IMG/VR virus record: IMGVR_UViG_3300010259_000016
Location: 1-11,855 of that record
Length of the DNA: 11,855 nucleotides
Direction: 5' to 3' (one strand)
DNA from: a virus
Lineage: Duplodnaviria > Heunggongvirae > Uroviricota > Caudoviricetes
Part shown: in pieces, positions 6,785-11,855 of the stretch
How positions within the stretch are numbered: the first letter of the stretch is position 1
Layout of the letters: each line of letters begins with the position of its first letter
Position numbers and translations under genes: made by a program
The notes under the pieces: generated by a model
Database searches by the model: none
Told to the model about the DNA's origin: nothing
The model's input: only the letters and a program-made list of their open reading frames with translations

Positions 6785-7055
6785 GTTTCAGTTCCTCAAT
6801 CCGGTGTTGTCGTTGTCTCAGTAGTGCGCTGGTCTGTTCTGCGTCGGCATAGAGTAGCGCCTGCTCCCGGTTGTTGGTTTCTGTCAGAATGGACAGGCTG
6901 ATAAGCTGGCTGTTGCTCTTTGCCAGTGCCTGGCTTTTGCTCCGAAGCTCGTCTGCCTGCGTGCTGATGGTCTGGCTGGCATCAGCCAGCCGCCACGTCT
7001 GCCAGCCCAGCGCCGCCAGTAATAACGCCAGCACAACCAGCAGCAACCGGTTCAT
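6627..7055 (-). CDS. lysB: Inner-membrane spanin (LysB / Rz-like)
   Basis: 142 aa. N-terminal transmembrane helix MNRLLLVVLALLLAALGW followed by a charged, coiled-coil-like periplasmic region (ELRSKSQALAKSNSQL...RQRQHRIEELKRENEDLRRW). Confidence 0.75.
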   Translation of the reverse strand: MNRLLLVVLALLLAALGWQTWRLADASQTISTQADELRSKSQALAKSNSQLISLSILTETNNREQALLYADAEQTSALLRQRQHRIEELKRENEDLRRWADTPLPADIIRLRERPTLTGGAAYRQWLSASDAVSAGAGSAAH

Positions 7056-7429
7056 GCTGCTACCTGTTGCGCCATCTGATTACGGGTGATCCAGAAGGCA
7101 ATAACGGTCAGTAGATAAAAGACCAGGGTAATAGCCCACCCCGTCCAGGCGAGACTGACGACAATCAGCAATCGCATCATCCAGCTGATAAATACGTTTT
7201 CTTTTCGGGTAATTGTCTTCAGCAAAGATGCCCTCAACTCCTGCCAGAGCGGGCCATTCTTAATTAACGCAGCCAGTGCTACCGGAATTACCGCCCATGT
7301 CAGCAAACAGGCTACCCAAACGCCGGACGCTGCCAGTACCGGAAAAATCCCCTGCGGATACACCATTGCGGCGATTAACAGCGCCATCCATAACATCAGA
7401 AACAGCCCGCTGATTAATTTCTTTTTCAT
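7052..7429 (-). CDS. lysA: LysA-like multi-pass membrane protein (lysis timing accessory)
   Basis: Track ORF 7052..7501. The likely start is MKKKLISGLFLMLWMALLIAAM at 7429, preceded by a GGGAG Shine-Dalgarno. About four hydrophobic helices. Sits between endolysin and spanins as P2 lysA does. Confidence 0.6.
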   Translation of the reverse strand: MKKKLISGLFLMLWMALLIAAMVYPQGIFPVLAASGVWVACLLTWAVIPVALAALIKNGPLWQELRASLLKTITRKENVFISWMMRLLIVVSLAWTGWAITLVFYLLTVIAFWITRNQMAQQVAA

Positions 7430-7430
7430 T

Positions 7431-7943
7431 TCAGTTTGCTCCCTGTAAACACCAGGCCATCTCCCGCGCACGGCGGTTATCCAGCCCCTGATTAAACACA
7501 CCTTTTACATAAACCCAGCGCGGCAACTGTCGGCACGCATCCGCCCAGCGCCGCTGATTGAGTAATTTCACCAGCGTGGAACTGCAGGCATTGCCCGTAC
7601 CCACGTTGAAGGCAAACGACACCGCAGCGTCATACACCTTCTGCGGCGGCTGTTGCTTCACACACCTTTCCAGCGCCCGCTCCACACGCAGCACGTTGGA
7701 GATCAGCCCTTCCGCTGCCTGTCGTTCCGTAATGGTTTTGCCTGGAATGACGCCAGATGTATTACCAATGCCGTCGGTCCAGACACCCGCGCTGCACTGA
7801 TACGGCTGCAGACGACAGCCTTCGTAATCGGCAATCAGTTTCAGTCCCTCCACGGAGGTGTGAAGCTGCTGAAAACCCGGCAGCGTGGCAGCAATAGCCA
7901 GCACGGCCCCGACAAGGCAGCGTTTAACGATTGATGGATTCAT
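7431..7943 (-). CDS. SAR endolysin (lysozyme, P1 Lyz / phage 21 R-like)
   Basis: 170 aa. N-terminal Gly/Ala-rich weakly hydrophobic helix KRCLVGAVLAIAATLPGF (signal-arrest-release type), then EGCRLQPYQCSAGVWTDGIGNTSGV, which closely resembles the P1 Lyz catalytic region as I remember it. Confidence 0.85.
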   Translation of the reverse strand: MNPSIVKRCLVGAVLAIAATLPGFQQLHTSVEGLKLIADYEGCRLQPYQCSAGVWTDGIGNTSGVIPGKTITERQAAEGLISNVLRVERALERCVKQQPPQKVYDAAVSFAFNVGTGNACSSTLVKLLNQRRWADACRQLPRWVYVKGVFNQGLDNRRAREMAWCLQGAN

Positions 7944-8139
7944 AGTCCTCCCGCGAGATCTGCCCGTCGCGCAGAAGCTGGTAGGCTTTGTGTTTGTAGT
8001 ACCAGTTGATAGCCAGCATCAGCACACCAATCATCAGGCCGCCCAGCGTTGAGGCATCCTTGATGGACAAATCGCCCAGCCAGGCCAGCACAACGGCGAT
8101 GCAGTACGTGATAAAGGCGCTGATTCGCTCAAGCGTCAT
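7924..8139 (-). CDS. Small two-helix holin (class II-like, possibly a pinholin partner of the SAR endolysin)
   Basis: 71 aa. Two hydrophobic helices (ISAFITYCIAVVLAWLG and LGGLMIGVLMLAINWYY) and a charged C-terminal tail KHKAYQLLRDGQISREDYESINR. Immediately upstream of and overlapping the endolysin gene. Confidence 0.65.
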   Translation of the reverse strand: MTLERISAFITYCIAVVLAWLGDLSIKDASTLGGLMIGVLMLAINWYYKHKAYQLLRDGQISREDYESINR

Positions 8140-8142
8140 AAT

Positions 8143-8346
8143 TCAGTCCCATAGCTGGACGGTCTGCACGGTGGTGGTGGGCGGAATGTCCGGCAGCTCC
8201 ACCGGCAGCCCGTGAGGTAAAAAGGGGCCATATTCGGCAAGCCCCGGATTTGCCTTCAGTACCTGCTCCGTGACCCCCTGCGTGCGCCCGTAATGACGCC
8301 AGCAAAGCGCGTCCACCGTGTCATACTGATGCGCACGCACTTTCAT
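8143..8346 (-). CDS. X: Tail protein X (P2 gpX-like)
   Basis: 67 aa. MKVRAHQYDTVDALCWRHYGRTQGVTEQVLKANPGLAEYGPFLPHGLPVELPD matches the remembered P2 gpX sequence pattern and its length. Confidence 0.8.
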   Translation of the reverse strand: MKVRAHQYDTVDALCWRHYGRTQGVTEQVLKANPGLAEYGPFLPHGLPVELPDIPPTTTVQTVQLWD

Positions 8347-8810
8347 CAGATAAGCTCCACTGTGCAGTGCGGCGCATCCTGCACCCGGCTGATGGCCCAG
8401 CGGGCGTCACGCCACAAATCACCGCTGGATTCCGCCAGTTCCTCGCCTCGCTTCACACCGGATGCCGTGGCGTCATAGTCCTGGTATCGTTCGTTGAGCA
8501 TGGCGCGTGCCCAGCAGTAAACTGCGTTGAAATAGTGCTGAATGCGCTCACTTTTGCCGTCCAGCTGTTCCGCCGGAACCTCAGCCAGCGACGCATACCC
8601 CAGCATCTGCTGACGTCTGCGAAACTCATACAGCTCTGCGTTGACCTCCGAAATTGCCGACAGCGCAACCTGCTTTAAACGCGGCTGCGTCACCGTGCCG
8701 TCAGTGCGCATGACACTGCGAAACTCCGACAGGTCCACATCAGGCCAGAACGGCGTATTTCTGATGATTTCCGCCTGTTCCGGTGCCTGTTCTGGCGCAA
8801 CAAACTTCAT
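8346..8810 (-). CDS. L: Head completion/stabilisation protein L (P2 gpL-like)
   Basis: Track ORF 8346..8873. Start chosen at MKFVAPEQ (8810) because AGGAGA lies 7 nt upstream, whereas the ATG at 8873 has no evident ribosome-binding site. Position between M and X. Confidence 0.7.
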   Translation of the reverse strand: MKFVAPEQAPEQAEIIRNTPFWPDVDLSEFRSVMRTDGTVTQPRLKQVALSAISEVNAELYEFRRRQQMLGYASLAEVPAEQLDGKSERIQHYFNAVYCWARAMLNERYQDYDATASGVKRGEELAESSGDLWRDARWAISRVQDAPHCTVELI

Positions 8811-8905
8811 GCTGCTTTCTCCTGAAATAGAGGGCGGTGGACGGGGTTTTGATGTGGCAGTGCCTTTCGCCACCCCGTGCCGCCCGTGCGCGGGGGCACG
8901 TTCTG

Positions 8906-9556
8906 TCAGCGGCTGTCATTGCGCAGTCTGCGCTCCAGCTGCTGTTTGTCTTTTTTCACGCCACAGCGGGGATCGAGCTGTAACGCATGGTTGAGATGAT
9001 TAAGGGCGGAAGCCGGGTTGCTTTCACTCAGGACAGCGCCAATCGCTTTATGCAGACGCGCCCGTGACTGGTCCGGCATATCCATACCGTCTGTCAGCTC
9101 CAGGGTCTGCAGCAACAGATCGGCATCAAAGCCGGTGGCGGCAAGCATTGCGCTCTGGGCTGCATCTGCCATTTCCTCTGCCAGCACGGTCTGCACGTTG
9201 CGGTTACCTAACGGCATCACCCAGCCATGACGCAGGGCGTGACGCCCGATCTCCAGCGCCCCGGCATAATCTCCGGCATCAATGCGCCACAGCATCACGT
9301 ACATCAGCACGTCATCCTGCTGTGCGCCTCCGGCAGTCAGGACACCCTCTGCCCAGGCGGCGTACTTCGGCAGCAGTTCCACCTTAATCTCCGCTTTTTT
9401 GACCGTGGACTGAACGCCCTTGAGACGGCGGCGGTCTTCCGCCAGTTGCAGCAGCATCAGGTCATAGCCCGACGCGTGGCGAACGCTGCCGCCCTCACGG
9501 GCGGCCTGTTCAGCCTGAACGCGCAGGCGATGCTGCCGTGCGGGACTCAGGCTCAT
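8906..9556 (-). CDS. M: Terminase small (endonuclease) subunit M (P2 gpM-like)
   Basis: 216 aa. ...LPKYAAWAEGVLTAGGAQQDDVLMYVMLWRIDAGDYAGALEIGRHALRHGWVMP... matches the gpM family. Directly downstream of the major capsid gene. Confidence 0.85.
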   Translation of the reverse strand: MSLSPARQHRLRVQAEQAAREGGSVRHASGYDLMLLQLAEDRRRLKGVQSTVKKAEIKVELLPKYAAWAEGVLTAGGAQQDDVLMYVMLWRIDAGDYAGALEIGRHALRHGWVMPLGNRNVQTVLAEEMADAAQSAMLAATGFDADLLLQTLELTDGMDMPDQSRARLHKAIGAVLSESNPASALNHLNHALQLDPRCGVKKDKQQLERRLRNDSR

Positions 9557-9559
9557 GGG

Positions 9560-10618
9560 TTACGCTCCGGCTTCTGCTGCAGCGGCGCTGAAATCGCCAA
9601 TCTGGATGTTTTCCACCAGTGCGGCGCAGCGGTAGTCCTCAACCACATAGGCTTCGTTAACGGATTCAAAGTTTTCAATCCGGTCACGTTTCGGGTTGTC
9701 GATAACTGAACGGCGGCGGGTGTCTTCCTGCCAGTAGATGGACAGGTTATCCAGACGGGTGATCAGCAGCGCATTCGGCGGGAAGAACGGCGCACGCACG
9801 GCCTGCAGGCCACCCATGCGTTTCTGGCTGATGATCATATCGGCAGCCAGTTTTTCACTGTTTTCCTGCTCTTTGTTGACCAGCGGGAAATACTTGTCAG
9901 ACAGCAGTTCACGACCGCAAATCACCACCAGATCGTCATCGTCCTGGTAGACCACGTCGATAAGCTCATTGACGGCATCCATCACCACTGCGTCCAGGTT
10001 GGCATATTCGCCACCTTTACCGACTTTCACCGCACCCGGTGTGGTTTCACCGCCCGTGGTGGTGCTGCCCATGACGTGATCCGGTGCATCCTCACGGATT
10101 TTCTGCAGCCAGCCTTTGTTCACATCCTGCAGTAGCGGGTTTTCACTACGGTTGGAGGTTTTCGCACGCTTCACGCCGTTAAAGCCGATCATGATGCGGT
10201 CCAGTGCCTGACGTTTCACGATGGCGTCACGGATACGCACCTGGAAATCCTGAAACTTCGCCCACAGGTCCAGCTTCGCGTAGGTCAGCACCGTGTCAAA
10301 GTTGGTCTGCTCGCATTTATATTCCACATCGACCATCAGCGTCGGATCGACAGGTTCACGCTCTTTCGCGGTGGTGTCAGTGGTTCCGGCAATGGTGCTG
10401 CCAACACCCAGCCCCAGCAGCTGACCGGACTGCTCAGTCACTGGCGTGACGTTAATCAGCGTCAGGAAAGCGGCGGACTGCTGGATCTGGTCTTCCAGCG
10501 TCTGCTGTACAGACGGCTCCACGGTGAACTTGCTGGACAGTTCTTCAACTGCCACACCGTTCAGACGCGCCAGCTGCTGCAGGTAAGCGTTAAAAGCAAA
10601 GCGGGTATTCTTCTTCAT
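9560..10618 (-). CDS. N: Major capsid protein N (P2 gpN-like)
   Basis: 352 aa. Position between scaffold and small terminase. Sequence and length fit the P2 major capsid family. Confidence 0.9.
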   Translation of the reverse strand: MKKNTRFAFNAYLQQLARLNGVAVEELSSKFTVEPSVQQTLEDQIQQSAAFLTLINVTPVTEQSGQLLGLGVGSTIAGTTDTTAKEREPVDPTLMVDVEYKCEQTNFDTVLTYAKLDLWAKFQDFQVRIRDAIVKRQALDRIMIGFNGVKRAKTSNRSENPLLQDVNKGWLQKIREDAPDHVMGSTTTGGETTPGAVKVGKGGEYANLDAVVMDAVNELIDVVYQDDDDLVVICGRELLSDKYFPLVNKEQENSEKLAADMIISQKRMGGLQAVRAPFFPPNALLITRLDNLSIYWQEDTRRRSVIDNPKRDRIENFESVNEAYVVEDYRCAALVENIQIGDFSAAAAEAGA

Positions 10619-10634
10619 CAGGTTTTGTGCTCCA

Positions 10635-11468
10635 TCAGCAATTGGTCAGAGTGTCAGCGGGGGCGTTACCGCCTGTTGCACGCTGGCGGTAGTCCTGGCG
10701 GCTGTCTTCATGGCTCAGCTTGTCCACCAGTTCGTTAAAGGCGGTCTGCTGTGCCTGCAGGGCAGTCTCCAGCTCAGACAGGCGTTCTTCCTGCTCAGAC
10801 AGGGATTTTTCGGTGCGCGCACTCAGGTTCTGCTGCTCAGTGGCGACCAGTTCCACGGCCTTATGCACATCAGAGAACCGGGCGTCATCGGACTGCTCTT
10901 TTTTGGTGAACAGCGCCGTGACACGGGCAAACAGGGACGGTTTGTCATCCTGGATTTCTTCCAGTTCGATCACCGTTTCCTCTGCAGCGGTAAAGAGATT
11001 GGCAGGATTCTGCTTCCGGTTTGCCAGCGGGTTATGGGCCGCACTGGCGCTGAATGTCAGCATTTCAGTGCCCAGACTGGCAGGGTCATCAGTGGCAGCC
11101 AGGCCGACCAGGTAGGCTTTGCCCGTATCAGCAAACTTCGGGCTGACTTCCATAGAGGTGAATAATTTCTGGCCTTTTTTCACCAGTTCCACCAGGGACT
11201 CCGTTGGCTCAACGTCGGCATACAGCGCCATCTTGCCTGCCAGCGGACCTTCCGTGATTTCTTCAGCAAACAGCGCAGTCACCTTGCCGTAGCGGTTAAA
11301 GGTGCTGTCCGGCAGATAAGACTTGATGTGCTCAAGGTTAATCAGCGCGGTATACACCGCCGGGTTGTAGCTGGCTGCCATCTGTTCCAGCCATTCACGC
11401 TGGATTTCGCGTCCGTCGGTGGTGGCACCTTCCACCCCGATGCGAAAACGCTTTGCTTTCACTGTCAT
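10635..11468 (-). CDS. O: Capsid scaffolding protein O (P2 gpO-like)
   Basis: 277 aa. Acidic, coiled-coil-rich C-terminal half (ELEEIQDDK...SEQEERLSELETALQAQQTAFNELVDKL) and position directly upstream of the capsid gene. Confidence 0.85.
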   Translation of the reverse strand: MTVKAKRFRIGVEGATTDGREIQREWLEQMAASYNPAVYTALINLEHIKSYLPDSTFNRYGKVTALFAEEITEGPLAGKMALYADVEPTESLVELVKKGQKLFTSMEVSPKFADTGKAYLVGLAATDDPASLGTEMLTFSASAAHNPLANRKQNPANLFTAAEETVIELEEIQDDKPSLFARVTALFTKKEQSDDARFSDVHKAVELVATEQQNLSARTEKSLSEQEERLSELETALQAQQTAFNELVDKLSHEDSRQDYRQRATGGNAPADTLTNC

Positions 11469-11547
11469 GAGCCGTGCTCCGTTAGAAAAAACTTACTGGA
11501 GCCTTATGGTTGCGGTGATGGGGGCAGTGAAACAATGCGCGGTATTT

Positions 11548-11565
11548 GTACCGACAACCACACAA
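11548..11565. promoter_or_regulatory. TGT-N12-ACA dyad in the O-P divergent intergenic region; candidate late-promoter activator site
   Basis: TGTACCGACAACCACACA lies in the 142-bp gap between the divergent O and P starts. If centred at about -55 it would serve a leftward promoter with a roughly 33-nt leader before O. Confidence 0.45.
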
Positions 11566-11610
11566 ACCGCAGGCGGGGAAAGCCTTCATTCAAGGCTGTA
11601 GGTTTGTGCC

Positions 11611-11855
11611 ATGAACACCACACTGACACCCGCAGATCTCGATCCCCGTCGGCAGGCCATGCTGCTGTACTTTCAGGGATACCGCGTCGCCCGCATTGCT
11701 GAAATGCTGGGCGAGAAAGTTGCAACCGTTCACAGCTGGAAAAAACGCGACAAGTGGGGTGACTATGGGCCGCTGGATCAGATGCAGCTCACCACCGCCG
11801 CACGCTACTGCCAGCTCATTATGAAGGAGCACAAAGAAGGGAAAGATTTCAAAGA
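11611..11855 (+). CDS. P: Terminase large (ATPase) subunit P, N-terminal 81 codons; continues beyond the right edge
   Basis: Open frame from the ATG at 11611 to the window end: MNTTLTPADLDPRRQAMLLYFQGYRVARIAEMLGEKVATVHSWKKRDKWGDYGPLDQMQ.... Divergent from O as in P2 gene order (Q-P then O-N-M-L). Not in the ORF track because no stop codon is reached. Confidence 0.6.
   Translation, partial: MNTTLTPADLDPRRQAMLLYFQGYRVARIAEMLGEKVATVHSWKKRDKWGDYGPLDQMQLTTAARYCQLIMKEHKEGKDFK

Noticed and set aside
8811-8873. Longer form of the L gene starting at the ATG at 8873 (MAKGTATSKPRPPPSISGESS...)
   Set aside because: No ribosome-binding site precedes 8873, whereas AGGAGA precedes the ATG at 8810. The Pro-rich extension has no obvious function. 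Kept as a possibility but not as the primary call.
9227-9709. Plus-strand 160-aa ORF antisense to the M and N genes
   Set aside because: Antisense to two conserved genes. The composition is biased, reflecting the sense-strand codon structure.
10710-11165. Plus-strand ORFs (10710..11165, 10720..11115) antisense to the scaffold gene O
   Set aside because: They overlap the scaffold gene, and the Cys/Ser/Arg-rich translations are typical of spurious antisense frames.
1-11855. Search for tRNA genes, CRISPR repeats, insertion-sequence ends, att sites or non-structural cargo genes (defence or toxin systems)
   Set aside because: None recognised. Coding density is near complete, with only three short intergenic gaps, all explained by promoter or control regions. 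Known P2 cargo hotspots would lie outside this window.

Overview
This window is the late (virion and lysis) region of a P2-like temperate phage or prophage, most likely in an enterobacterial host, with almost every gene on the minus strand and tightly packed. Reading right to left the order is capsid scaffold (O), major capsid (N), small terminase (M), head completion (L), tail protein X, a lysis cassette (holin, endolysin, LysA, nested spanins LysB/LysC), tail completion R and S, baseplate V, W, J, I, and tail fibre H with its assembly chaperone. The large terminase gene (P) starts divergently at the right edge (11611, +). The most notable structure is at the left end: a Mu G-segment-like invertible tail-fibre switch of about 1.9 kb (about 187..2119). 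It is bounded by two 26-bp gix/hix-like crossover sites in inverted orientation (174..199 and 2107..2132) and carries two alternative fibre C-termini, each with its own assembly gene. The 5' end of a Gin/Pin/Cin/Hin-family serine invertase gene (1..118, minus strand) sits immediately beside it and runs off the window. The lysis cassette is mosaic, with a P1 Lyz-like SAR endolysin and a small two-helix holin in place of the P2-type pair. Two TGT-N12-ACA dyads lie in the only two sizeable intergenic gaps, matching P2-type late-promoter activator sites. I see no tRNA, CRISPR array, insertion sequence or non-structural cargo gene; there is essentially no unassigned coding space. All assignments rest on reading the supplied translations and the DNA by eye against remembered protein families; no database search was run.
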